Source of the DNA: the human T2T-CHM13v2.0 reference genome, Homo sapiens
Assembly: GCF_009914755.1 (NCBI RefSeq)
Contig: NC_060936.1
Reading direction: 5' to 3' (one strand)
DNA length: 64,000 nucleotides
Shown: in pieces, positions 31,353-44,700 of the stretch
How positions within the stretch are numbered: the first letter of the stretch is position 1
Layout of the letters: each line of letters opens with the position of its first letter
The notes under the pieces: generated by a model
Told to the model about the DNA's origin: nothing
Database searches by the model: none
The model's input: only the letters and a program-made list of their open reading frames with translations
Made by a program: the position numbers and the translations under genes

Positions 31353-31900
31353 ATAAGGTGGTACTTCTTGTTAAAGAATGAAAATCAACTTCCTAAAGTG
31401 ATCATGTATATGCCCAAGGAATGTGGGCTGCACATTTTGAGGTGTGCTCTAAGCACTGGAAATAATATCAAAGAGCACAATGTCATCCTTCCAAAATTTC
31501 CTTGTTCTACATCCATGAATAGAAACCTGGCTTGGAGAAACCGAAATCTAACATAAGAAAATTGTTAATAGACCAGTAATGTTATTTTAATACTGATATA
31601 CCAGTATGTTATATTTACAAATCTGAAAAGCAATTTCCAACCCTAAAAGTTATTTAAACTCTGCAGGAATTACTTTTTTAAATGTTTTCTGAACCTCTGA
31701 TTCGAGGTCTCCCTTACAAATGTTTGTTCAAGAGATGTAATTATGTGGTATTACTTTTACCACCTGTAATGAGTTGATTTAATTAAGATTACTGAATGAA
31801 GGATCCTTAAAAACTTAAAAGTAGAATTACCATACGATGCAACAATCTCGCCATCTGTATGTAAAGCAGATGAAATCAGTATCTCAAACACCTGCCCATC

Positions 31901-31903
<3 letters not shown>

Positions 31904-31933
<30 letters not shown>
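31904..31933. repeat. (GT)n microsatellite
   Basis: About 15 GT units. Confidence 0.9.
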
Positions 31934-31938
<5 letters not shown>

Positions 31939-32199
31939 GTATCATTTAGCCTTAAAAAGAAGGAAATTGTGTCATTTGAGACAACACTGATGAATATGAA
32001 GCATATTACGCTACGTGAAAGAAGCCAGGCACGAAAAACAAAATATGGCACAATGTCACTTATTGGAGGAATCTAAACCAGTGAAATTCACAGAAGCAGA
32101 CAGTAGGATGGTGGTTTCCAGGATATGAGAGAAATTGGGAGATGTTAGCAAAAGCGTACAAAGTTTTAATCGGGCAGGATGAATAATGTATAGCATGAT

Positions 32200-32855
32200 G
32201 ACTATACTATATTCTATATAGAATAATACTATATAGTATAATATAATATAATATATTATATAATGGTATATATACTATATAACTATAATATAATTATAAT
32301 TAATTATATATAGTATAGCATATAATTATATAGTATATATATAAAATTATATAATATAGTATATTATTATATAGTATAGTATATGCTATATACTATATAT
32401 ACTATACTATATAATATATATTATATATTAGTATATATAGTATATAGTATATATACTATATATAGTCTATAGACTATATAATATATACTATATATAGTCT
32501 ATAGACTATATAATATATACTATATATAGTCTATAGTCTATAGACTATATAATATATACTATATATAGTCTATAGACTATAGATAATATATAGTCATATA
32601 GTCTATAGACTATAGATAATATATATTATATAGTCTATAGACTATATATAGTATATATTATATAGTCTATATTATATATAGTATATATACTATATATAGA
32701 CTATATATTATCTATAGTCTATAGACTATATACTATATAATTATATATACTATATATTATATATAATATATAGTATAATTATATATACTATATAATATAT
32801 AGTATATATAATTATATAGTATATAATAATAGTAAATATAGAAGAATACTATATT
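32200..32855. repeat. AT-rich low-complexity minisatellite with palindromic units
   Basis: (TA)-based block; 32-bp unit tatatagtctatagactatataatatatacta repeated at 32459-32522. Confidence 0.92.
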
Positions 32856-34886
32856 GCATATTTGAAATTTGTGAAGAGAGTATATCTTAAGTACTTATGG
32901 GACACACAAAAGATAACTATTTGAGGTGCTGGATATCTTAATTAACCTGATATAGTTACATTTCACAATGTACACAGATATCAGAACATGATATTATACA
33001 TTACAACTATTATAAACATATATAATTTTTTGTCAATTAAACCTCAATAAAGCTGAGGGAAAGAAGAGTTGCTGTAGTTGTGAACAGAAGGGGATTCTGC
33101 CTAACTAAATTACAAAGAGGCTTTAATCAACGGATAGCCTGGTTGTTGACAGGATGCCAAGAACAGCTAAGAAAATGTGCTCCACCTGGGAGAATGGAAA
33201 TAATGGCAGCTAAAGAAACTGCAGAAGTTGGGCTTGGGAGAACTTCTTTTGAAATGACTTTACCAAAGTTCAATGCTAGTGATTTTTATTTTCTAGGTCT
33301 CTCTATTCTAGGCTAAAATTCTCAGGAAGGATGATCTGATGACCCAGCTTTGATTTACCTCTGGATCAATCAGCTAGAGCTGCAGATGTAAGACCCCCAA
33401 AAGGGCTCAGTTTTTTTTTTAACTGAGGGCTTTCCAGGGAACAGAACATTTCTGTATGCCAGAAGCTAAACCAAAATGGCATATTTTAGACTCTACCTTA
33501 TGGCTGTTTTCAGGCATGCACACACATGCACAGACATATAGATACACATAAAGTTATTCCCCTCTATCCAAATGTACGTATCTAACATGATCCACATAAA
33601 CTACACACTCATTCTTCTTTCACAAAAGAAAAAACTGGAAGTCACTTTCAGATATTTTAGTCCGTATTCTTTAGAGTGTTCAATACTGACAGTTGTTTTA
33701 TAATTCCATCTCAATATTCAAATACTTTAGAAACAAATGGAAATTTAATGCCTTGTCTATATTATATACTGAAGAACAAAAGAAACACATAAAATACATA
33801 CTTAAAGATAGAATTAAAAATAAAAAATTATTCCATGCAGCAAACAAGAAAAAAGCTTCGGTTCTCATCTTTGAAGGTCATAAGACTCTAGGGAGCATGT
33901 ACCATGTCTCTTCTCAACATCTTCGCCTTCACCTTTTATTCTAGCTGACTGGGGCAGAAGAATTCTCCTTTGGGAATTCCTTTCAAAGACCACAGAATAC
34001 AGGAAGTTAATATTTATGGACTATTAAGTGGGATACAGAGAAATGTTACTACATAATTCTGATCTATTTGTCATGATTAGGGAACAGTGCTTCAGGGAAT
34101 GTTTTGAATCCTGAAAAATGCTTGCCAATCCTCACAGGGTGTGGTCTCATTATAACTGACCACATAACTGAATTTTTAATATGGCAGTATTTTGTTTTAT
34201 GGGTCTAGATGCTTTGGGATATAAAGGTACTTTTCAAGAAGGGTAAATTCTTGTATAATTGCTTCCTAATTATTCTTGCCAGATATATATATATTAGTCA
34301 GTTTCAGGGATGGGAGTTTCATGCTGCTCCATGAATTTCCTTCATCTTTGGAATTATGATCATTGTTCTTTCACCCGTTTACTGAGTAGATTTTTTGATG
34401 AGTAAACATGACCACTGGCATATGTAGATCAACTCGGCAGCCTGTTCAGAATAATAATAATAGTAGTGCTAATAGTAATGATAATTTTCTGGTAATCAAT
34501 CAAAAATATTTCTAGTCTCCATATTTTTCTGAGAGGTCCATTTCCATAACTAACTCTCGATTTTCCATTGGAACAACCTCATTATCTAAGTCATTTACTA
34601 TTTTAAACAATCATTACTTTGAAAGTGATATGGATCTTTCATTAAGGCTATCCATTCAGGAAAGCTGAGCAATGGTGAGTACTTCTGGAAGCTCTGACCA
34701 CTTGGAAGATTTCCATTTTGAGTGAAACTGTGTAGCATTCCATTCCCAGCAAGCACTGGTATTAACATAGAGAATCAATGTCAATCTCAAGCAGTTATTT
34801 TTTTCACTTTCATTGGCCAGATAGTATCCCCTGAGATCACAGTTTATAGGCTAAGAGAAAATGCAAATGTAGCAGGCATAGGTAAC

Positions 34887-35258
34887 TGTATTAGTCAGTT
34901 ATACTGTTATAAAGAACTGCCTGACACTGGGTAATTTGTAAAGGAAAGAAGTTTAATTGACTCACTGTTCAGCATTGCTGGAGAGGCCTTAGAAAGCTTA
35001 CCATTATGTCAGAAGGCGAAGGGTAAGCAAGACACCTTCTTTACAAGGCTGCAGGAAGGAGAAGTGCTAAGTGAAGGGGAAAGAGCCTCTTAGAAAACCA
35101 TTAGATCTCGTGAAAACTCACTATCATGAGAACAGCATGGGGGAAACCACCCCCATGATTCAGTTACCTTCACCTGGTCTATTTTTTGACGCATGGGGAT
35201 TATGGGAATTACAATTCGTGATGAGATTTGGGTGGGGATGCAAAGCTTAACCGTATCA
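34887..35258 (-). mobile_element. THE1C/D-like MaLR solo LTR
   Basis: tgtattagtc ... gagatttgggtgggga ... accgtatca; 5-bp TSD gtaac / gcaac. Confidence 0.9.
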
Positions 35259-36909
35259 GCAACTATATACTAAATGTAGACACTAGTGAAATATAAACTC
35301 TGACTAAGGTTATGTAACCTATTTCATATATTTCTATACCACCAAAATGTTATTGCGGTGTGGACGTGGATAAATATTTTTAACTTAAGTAATTATTTTG
35401 CTTTCATATCCTCTTAAATGCCATCTGGCATGCAAATATGTAAAATAACAAAAATACAGATTGCCATATTCTTCTATCACTCCTCTGTAATTAGCAATGA
35501 ACTACATAAAGTACCAGACATTTGGGATGTCATTTAGCTTGTGTGACTCCCTTTGTGAGCTAGAGCAGAGAATAAGCAGCTTGCTCTCCTGATTGGGAAT
35601 TTCATAGCCCTAGTTCCTGTTAACTCACTCAGAAAACACAGCTGTGCATGTTACCTCTGAATGCCCACCTCAAAAAGATGCATTTTTAACAGTCATTGTC
35701 TTCGTTCAAATTCAGTGTTATGTATTAAAGCAAACAACTACCAAGATTGCTGGATAAAAAAAAAGGCTGCATTATTACAGGTAAAACAAATATTTCATCC
35801 CTAAATCTCTACTCTCTTGGAGACCACTTGGATGTTTGGTTTTTGTTCAAATTATCTCTACATTAAATGGCAGAGTGACACATTAGATTTAGGATATTTC
35901 TTAATTTGAAATTTACCTATTGGTATTTAGATGGTTCAATAATCCATAAAATGATTTAACAGTAAATACACTGAATATTTTAACATTATTCCTGTGTATA
36001 AAATTTATCTTCTATTTTTTGGAAAGTATATGATGAACTTGGAAAGTATATGATGAACTATAACTGAAAATATGCTAAATTTTTCCATAAGAATATTTTA
36101 AAAGAGTAATACTTGAGAAAAAGAGAAATTCTCATACTTTTTTCCCTTTTCATTAGAAACACATGCTATTTAGCTCTTCTAGAAAGTAAAAAACACTGAA
36201 ATTAAAATTCCTACCACTCATAATGTATATATTGATTTTTGAAAAATGGAAGAACCTAATATTTTAAAACTACATTTATTATTAACTTATTAATACTAAT
36301 ATTTGACCCATGAGTTAGACAGTGATTGTAAAAATAAGTATAAAAATAGTGCTCAATGTTAGTACTTGTATTTTCTGATTTCATCATTAAAATTTCCTTT
36401 CAATGTACATACAACATAACAGAATTAAAGTTACTCCTGTATAAAAAATGTATAGTAATTATGCCTTATGTCTCTTTGGTGTTTGTATCCATTTTTGTTT
36501 TGTCAATAACAAAATTTTTACTAACATGAGACATTATTCTCCATCACAGGGCTGTTTATTTGCAGAATTTTATTTACATTCACAGAAAACAATGTGAATA
36601 GTGGTCTCTTGTGTTATGCTGCATATCATCTATGCTGTTATCATCTATACTCTCTGTTACACAAATAATACATTTTAAAAAGGTGAAATCATAGATAGGA
36701 TTAGCCTTTAAAAATCCACTTCAGTCCATTTTTAAAAAATAATTTGACATGATCTATCATTTGCACTTTCTTTGAATGCTCCTTCTCAATCCATGAGGTT
36801 TGCCTGATTTGTAAAACTTAGTAAAATAAATTAAGAGTCATGGCACCTGGCGGGGTGCAGGGTTGGGGGAGAAACACATGTCACCTGTTGGATATCTTTA
36901 TGCCATCAT

Positions 36910-37012
36910 TATTTGATTGATTGATTAGTTGATTGATTGAGACAGGAATTCACTATGTTGCCAGGTCTTCCCTGGGCTCAAGCAATCCTTCTCCCTCAGC
37001 CTTCCAAAAAGC
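36910..37012 (-). mobile_element. FLAM/AluJ monomer fragment with (ATTG)n tail
   Basis: gagacaggaattcactatgttgcc...ctgggctcaagcaatcc. Confidence 0.7.
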
Positions 37013-37307
37013 CGAGAAACATCAATATTTTAATGTGCACCCTATATTCACTTTAATAAATATTAATTTGAGGTTAATATGTTACCATAATTTACTATGA
37101 CAAAAACTGAAATATATAATACAAACTAGTACATAGTTCCTGCCTTCAAGAAGTTAGTAATCTGATAAGAAAGACAAATATATAAACCTAATTATCATAC
37201 CATATGATAAAGTCCATAATGGAAAGAGCTCAAAATAGATGTATCACATAAAGCATAAAAGAATTCTCCACAAAATATCTTATATCACAGGAAAAATGAA
37301 AAGATTC

Positions 37308-37587
37308 GGCCAGCATGGTGACTCACACCTATAATCCCAGCACTTTGGGAGGCTTAGAAAGGGAGATCACTTAAAGCCAGAAGTTCGAGACCAGCCTGGG
37401 CAATATAGAAAGACTCTGTCACTACAAAAAAATTTAAAAAAATAACAAGGCATGGTGGTGCACATCTGTAGTCACCTCTTAGGAGGCTGATTTGGAAGAA
37501 TTGCTTGAGCCCAGGAGTTTATGGTGAGCCATGATCATGGGACTATACTGCAACTTGGGTGCCAGAGTGAGATGCTGTCTCTAATAA
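37308..37587 (+). mobile_element. AluJ
   Basis: Diverged dimer with J-type ttgcttgagcccaggagtt and ctgggcaatatag. Confidence 0.85.
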
Positions 37588-38199
37588 TGACCTCTTTCAA
37601 TGTGCTAGTACTTTATAATACATACATATTGCTCAAAACCCTTGACTGAATTTCATGTGGAAAAAATAGACTTATTTTCATAAAATGTACTGCAATATTT
37701 TAAATAAACCAGTATGTAAAAAAAAAAAATAACCAACTTGATCTACATCTCCTACTATAAATGGATTTTGTACATGGAAATCACTTGAAATGTGCATAAG
37801 ATGTCTATGTATGATGTTGACAGAAAGAAGAAAGGCATCACAATATTATACATAGTGTTAGACTTTCTTGGTCTTTCTAGTCTTGTCTCAAACACTTTTT
37901 CACACTGTATTTTATATTTGCCTCCTGCTTTTGCATACTGTTGTATGAGTCAACAACCAGTTGAAACTCTTTTGAAGAAAATGTAGAGATGAAAGCATAG
38001 AGAATAAAAAAATAATAGAGTAAAACTAAGATATTTTGACAAAAAAGAGCATGCCAAAGAAATTGTAGGCATGCTAAAAATGCATTATTAGGGTACACAT
38101 TGCAATTATAAATAGTAAAATAAATAAATTTATAAATTAGCATTCCTATGCACTATGTGACAAGAATACAGCATTATTTGTTAGAAAAAACATGCAAAA

Positions 38200-39350
38200 T
38201 TATTGGGAAAATAAATGGAGAGACAGGATAATCAAAGACTCAGATTATCTACCAAATTGACTCAGAATAAGGACATGACTGTTTGCAAAGTTAAACGTGA
38301 AGACCATGACAGGGGGAAAGGAGTTGTCAATGAAGTTGACTTTCAAAGCAAGCCTTAGAAATTCAACAGAATCAATATTTGTTATGCTTATATCAACAAA
38401 ATAACCGTGGAAGCTGCATTAACTCTTCATGAGAAGACTGTTACTTTTCTGTCCTAAGTATTTTTTAAAAAGTAAAAAAAAAGACTACTGATAAACAAAA
38501 TTGATTGTAGATCAGATAGGGTTAAGAAACAGATATTGTCCTGTGGGTTTATTCCTCAGAAGAATAAAGTGTCTGGTTATGAAGTTAACAGGATAATTTT
38601 ACTGATCTTGGTACTTGGGCTAAAAATATTATGTTAAAATCCAAAATAATCTGTTTTTCTGAAAACTCTGTTTACTTAAAGGAATGTCCAAAGGAAATTA
38701 CGAGTTGCGTGGAGGCCCTCAAACCCTACTTAAAAAGTAAGATTTTTTTTTTTGAGAAATATGTACAGTTTTACCTCCTATGCTAAATAAGGCACTACCA
38801 GAAAAAAAAAAACTTGCAAACAAGGCCGTAGACATTTTTGATGCCTTAACATTTAAAGAGGGATGTAGAATATACCCCTAACATCCAGGTGATTGTCTTC
38901 CCTCCAACTTTGACACTGCTTTTGCAATCCATGAACCATGATTTTATAGTTCATCACATTATAAGTCTTCACAGTTGTCAAGACTTATTATTCTCAATTA
39001 CTTATTCAAAACCTGGTCATGGTCTAGGTTTGTCAAACAAGAAGCTTTGCTAAAAATTTTTTGAACTATTTAACATTTAGAAAGGCTTTGGAATTCACTG
39101 ACCATGCATGGCAATTTTTTTTTCTCCATCAACATCAAGGGATATATAATAAAGAACAAATGCCACAATTTGTGATTGATTTAAAAGGTTTTGTAAAGGT
39201 GGTCGAGGATAGCGTGAAAATTTTTCTTGAGAGGGATGTTAACTTTGAAGAGGTTAATTTAAAAATGCTGAAGAGTTCTTGAACTCCCATGCTGATAAAT
39301 TAACTACTATACTTGCTCAGGAGGATATATAACCCTGGCTTGAAGAAGAT
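38200..39350 (+). mobile_element. Fossil TcMar-Tigger/pogo transposase coding region
   Basis: Collinear motifs FKAS (38342), VDQIGL (38507), PNIQVIVFPPTLTLLLQSMNHDFI (38877-38948), PQFVIDLKGF; boundaries approximate. Confidence 0.7.
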
Positions 39351-39489
39351 GGAGATAGCTACAAGAGATGCGTAGTCAAACCACAGGTGCCATCTACTTT
39401 GAAGGAATGTATGCGCCATGCAAATATAAAGCTAAACATTATCCTCCCATGTATCAGCCATCTGATGAAAAGCCCTCATTTTAATATTG

Positions 39490-40178
39490 CCTGATGTATC
39501 TCATTGCGTCATTCTCCTGGAAGCAGACACCAAGGAAGAGGTAAAAGGGCAACAGTTTTTTTGTTTTTTGTTTTTTTTTTCATTTTCTTTCTTTTTGTTT
39601 ATTATTATTATTATACTTCAAGTTTTAGGGTACATGTGCACAACGTGCAGGTTTGTTACATATGTATACATGTGCCATGCTGGTGTGCTGCACCCATTAA
39701 CTCGTCATTTAGCATTAGGTATATCTCCTAATGCCATCCCACCCCCCTCCCCCTACCCCACCCCACAGCAGTCCCCGGTGTGTGATGTTCCCCTTCCTTG
39801 AGAAAAATACCTGTAAAAGTAAATGAGAGACGGGAAAGTAGTACGTGGGGTCCACCTTCAGACCACAATGCAGGTCTGATATCAGTGAATGAAGAGAGGA
39901 GAAAGAAGAAAGAATGCAGAGCCTCAGGCTATAAGAAAACCTTGGAAATTCAGAGCAGAGATTCCCCATTAGAGGAATTACATGTGGGTCAGAAATGGCT
40001 GACTCTGGTAAGTTCTCTCGCTGTGCTCAGTCATAGGCTGGAGACAACCAGAAGGTGTATAGTCTCGGTGTGAACATAGATCCTGAATGTACAGCACTTG
40101 GAGGCTGTCAGCTAACGACTCCTTGGAAGTATTTGCTGATGAAGGGATATCTGATGGATACATTTCCATGGCTGCCAA
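39490..40178 (-). mobile_element. LTR16-like (ERVL) LTR interrupted by a young L1 fragment
   Basis: ctggaagcagacacc; ttcagaccacaatgcaggtctga; gaagggatatctga...ccatggctgcca. Confidence 0.6.
39556..39798 (-). mobile_element. Short 5'-truncated L1PA3/4-like 3' end
   Basis: T-rich tail, then ttttagggtacatgtgcacaacgtgcaggtttgttaca ... gtgtgatgttccccttcc. Confidence 0.92.
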
Positions 40179-40333
40179 ATTTAGAGAACGATACAAAAAT
40201 TTTAAAGGATAGAAATGGTGTTAATTGAAACAAATTGAAACATTTTGAAATAATTGTTATTCCAAAATTTTGTGCACCTTCCCTGAAGCCTGCTGTTCTG
40301 GAATCTCTACAGCAGATACGCAAAGACGTGCAG

Positions 40334-40466
40334 ACACACACACACACACGTATGATAGATAGACAGGCAGACAGACAAACAGATAGAGGTCCCATAGATA
40401 GGTAGGTAGGTAGGTAGGTAGGTAGGTAGGTAGATAGATAGATGACAGATAGATAGATAGATAGAT

Positions 40467-40513
<47 letters not shown>
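40334..40513. repeat. Compound STR: (CA)n, GATA/GACA, (TAGG)n, (GATA)n
   Basis: Directly visible tandem arrays. Confidence 0.95.
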
Positions 40514-40514
<1 letters not shown>

Positions 40515-41481
40515 CATGTTTGTATGGCAGTTCCTCTGGATAGTTTACCTGAAATTACCCTTCATAACTGAACAACTCCTCTGCACGTCTCCTTCAGCAA
40601 TTTGTAGTACTGCTTTTGCACTCCTTATCTCCTCGCATCTCAGTTTTCTTCAATGTCAATTTAATCATACTTGGTAAAATAGTAATAGTTCAATATAGAA
40701 AATTGCTTTGTTTTTAACTGCATTTTTCTAAATCTTTTTATAACAAATTTATTTATTGTTATACTTTATTTATGGTGTTTATTTTCAATGTGAAATTTAT
40801 GTCACAGCAGGCAACCTGTAGATTTTACCATTTAGAATGCAACTGTTTGTTAGCAACCATGTTAACTGTTTAGTAATATTTTAAGTACTTTATATTTTAT
40901 TATAATAGTTTGATACATATAAATGTTTTAATACTTTAAATACATTTTAAGAAATTAATTTGAGATTTGAATTTATGTGGAAACATCAGGAAAAAGCAAA
41001 AGCCACTATTTGTTTGAAGGTTTATCACAACTTGGAGGATCTCTAAGTTTAATCAACCTCTGGGCTCAGAATATAATTCAAATTTTTGAGCATTTCATCC
41101 TGGGACCTCTACCTATTTGTCCAATCAGCCTCATCTTCTACTATTCCACACCTCACACTTTATACTCTAATGATAACAAAGAACTTGCATGCATGATACT
41201 TGAATGCATTATGCTACTTGAGATTTGCATTTATTTTATTATAATATTTTCTATATGTGAATGATCCCCATATACTTATTTTCTCAACCTACTAAAATCA
41301 TATGCATGCTTAAAGTCTTGGCCTAACTATCATTTCTATTAGCTAGCTGTACATCTTTCTCTGTTCTTCATCTTCCATAGATGCCTGTTATACATTCATC
41401 TTATCACATAGATTTTCAGGTCAAGAATGAGGGTTTACTCATCTTTTAAAGAAGAAAAAGACAATTTAAAAAGTAGATGTG

Positions 41482-41775
41482 GGCCAGGCGCGGTGGCTCA
41501 AGCCTGTAATCCCAGCACTTTGGGAGGCCAAGGCAAGCAGATCATCTGAAGTCAGGAGTTTGAGACCAGCCTGGCCAACATGGTGAAACCCCGTCTTTAC
41601 TAAAAACACACAAAAAAATTAGAGGGCATCTGTAGTACCAGCTCTCAGGAGGCTGAGACAAGAGAATCGCTTGAATCCGGGAAGCGAAGGCTGCAGTGAG
41701 AGGAGATCATGCCACTGCACTCCAGCCTGGGCAACAGAGTGAGACTCTGTCTCAAAAAAAAAAAAAAAAAAAAAA
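41482..41775 (+). mobile_element. AluS (Sx/Sz-like)
   Basis: Dimer with long A tail; TSD aaaaagtagatgt at 41468-41480 and 41771-41783. Confidence 0.95.
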
Positions 41776-44700
41776 GTAGATGTTACATACCGCCCCTGCA
41801 CCAAATTAAGCTGTTTTTCAGAAAGAAAACTTTCATTGTAAAATAAATTATTCCTACATAAATTATGATCTTGTGTTATCATTGTAAAAAGCTCTCATGT
41901 AACTGCAAAACTGCTGCAATTAATGTTCTACTTTCTAATCTGAAGTGTTCATCAGAAGAATTAGAAAATGTGAATCAATGGCATTTACACTCTTTTGATG
42001 ATAACATGACCAAACTTGTTACTGAATGATTGTATCTAAAATTCATTTTTCTCTAAAAGGATTAATTACATAATCTATTTTCCTGTAAATGATATGTAAG
42101 TTAATGATTTAAACTTCTACAATTATATATCTAAATTAAAACACCAACTTGGGGCTAAATGAAAACGATTAAATTAATATATGAGGATGATTCTACCAAT
42201 TTATATGAAATCTCTGTTGTCTACCACAACTGTCAATAAAGAAAAATTTAAAAAAATAGCAAAGTGACTTATTAGCTTAAAATTACTTAATATGAATTTT
42301 CTCTATATAGGTTCTCTCAACATGTAATTACAAGAAAAATTACACTTGTATTATTCAAAATACCTGCTTTTATTTTATGTATTTAATCTGTTTATCTCAA
42401 CTTTTAGATAAAGTGGCAATCAATCCGACAAAGTAAGTATTGGGACTTAATTAGTCAGGAAGAATGGGATGCCCTGAGGCTGTTGTATACATGTCAGAAT
42501 TGGCAAAATATCCACTTTCTACAAGCAAGAGGAAGTCATATTTCACAGTTATGATGCAATTACATTGTTATTTCACAGCTGTCAAAAAGCATAATCTTGA
42601 AATATGACTTTTTAAAGTATGTACTTAAAAACTTTCTCAACATTTTAACTAATAATATTTTAGGATCCTAGGAATACTATAACTGCAAGCACCCTAAATA
42701 GAGAGGAATAAACCAAAATATATTTTATATGATTTTCAACATAATAAAAATTATATATTTTAGGTTCAATATATACCATACAGCTTTTCATAAATGTCAA
42801 ATGGAACACAGAAAGTAAGATTACAAAATTACAACAAAGACAAATCTAAGGGTTGAACAAAACAGGAAGTACATTTAAAACATATTTTATTTATTTTTCT
42901 TTTCTAGCTCTCACACATAGTTTATACATAAATTGAAAGACATAAAAACACACTATCAAAAGATACATGAGGAGATAGGGACAAAGAGATACATGAGCAG
43001 AGCAATCAATGGGAATCAAGCTGATTTTAGTACACAAAATTTATGCCACAACATCCTCTATAATTGCTAAAAATGGAATGTAAATTGGACTTTGGACTTC
43101 TTAATGGGGAGTATAAAGAAAAGTAATTAGATAAAATATTTAGTGTGCCCATCATATAAAATGTAGACCAGATTATTAGAAGTCAGGCAATAACTTCTGG
43201 TTCTATCCAGTGTGTTTTTATGATAGGCTGCTCTGTAACAAGCAGATTACATCCTCCAGAGAATACCTAAAATAAATATCATGTGAGTTTCAGAAGAGTA
43301 CAGAATCACCGAAGGCTGTGCAGCATGACATTTGTTTCAATAGAACATAGCACTTTGAGAGGTGAAAGCAGGACATTTTCAAACTGTGTCCTCTGACGAT
43401 GCAGTGAGTGTGGGATAAAAGCCAGAATAATTAAAGGGATTATGGATAATATATGCTTTAGGTAATCTCTGCAAATGATAATATTTAAAAATAATTCTTA
43501 GTTATATATCATTTAGTTTACAATTGTGTGGTAACATGTCAATTTTATAAATATAATATTAGGTGGGGGGAAGCAAATAACAGAAAACTGTATAAATTTA
43601 AATACCATTTTTAAGCACTGATTACCTGAAAACAAGTGAAGTTAAACAATATATTTGCAAAAATATATATATATATGTTTAAATTATGAAGTTAATTAGG
43701 AAAAGGTAAACAAAATTTCCACTGTAAAGAAAAACCCTGAGGCTCATTAAATAGTATTGATGCAGTCCATAGGTCCATAGGTAGATTCACTGTGGAGTTT
43801 ATGAAGTTCCTCACTTGGATCATTTCCTTCAAGATCCTTCTATCTAATTTAATTTTGGAAATTGTGTACACTTTTCTTAGAAAATTTCCCCTAAGTTGTA
43901 TAAGAGTCAGACCCATCGAAACTTGTAATCTTATGAAGTAATATTCTATTTCTTTTGGTATTGGGATTATGGGTATTATTTTATTACTTAGATTCATAAG
44001 GTGTATTAGAGTATATCATCTTGTTTATATAAAATGTATCTAAAAAGAAAAAAACAATTGGCAGTATTACTGAAATTGCTGTATCTAGAATATAGGTATT
44101 ATATATGGTTAATTGAGGATAGATCCATTATTTTGACAGTCCAGTGAGCAAAAAGAAGGGTTTACTTTCTCTCATTACAGTGAACAATATACTAGGGCAA
44201 TATACTGAAAAGGATAATCAAGTCACTTCTAATTGATATATCACTCAAAAAAATGACTGGGATTCTGAAGCAGCAACATATCCCAGAACTCTATACTAAA
44301 AGGCTATGAAAATATTTGACTGAAAAAATATTAAAGCAGTTTACTGTAGTTTAAGGGGTTGGAGGGTGCTTAAGAAGACAGGTACATTAGTGATTTATTG
44401 TTGTGTAATAAATTGTCCCAAAACTTAACACCTTGAAACAGCAAATATCTCTGAGGTGATAAAAGTAACTAACAATGGAAACCCGGTATTAAACTCAATT
44501 GCTCATTTTCTACCAAGTTTCCCAAGAAATCTAGCCTCATATTTTGTTAAGAAAAAAACAGTTTGATATGCTTGAGTGTGGGAGGAATGGCTAATAAACT
44601 AATACCATAATTTGGGAGAAATAAGGTTAACTCTTTTAAACAGAGCTGGAGCATCATTGACCAAAATGCATTCCAAAGAACGCTAATCCTATGAGATATT

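Larger units (their letters stand above)
31800..33058 (+). mobile_element. Old L1 3' end (L1MA8-10-like) containing (TG)n and an AT-rich expansion
   Basis: aaagtagaattaccatacgat; agccttaaaaagaaggaaat; ggatggtggtttccagg; ttgtcaattaaacctcaataaagctg. Confidence 0.8.

Noticed and set aside
32200-32855. Repeated palindromic units resembling a CRISPR array
   Set aside because: No unique spacers, no cas genes, primate context; it is a low-complexity minisatellite
40257-40517. ORF with YLSI/YLPT repeats
   Set aside because: Translation of the GATA/TAGG microsatellite
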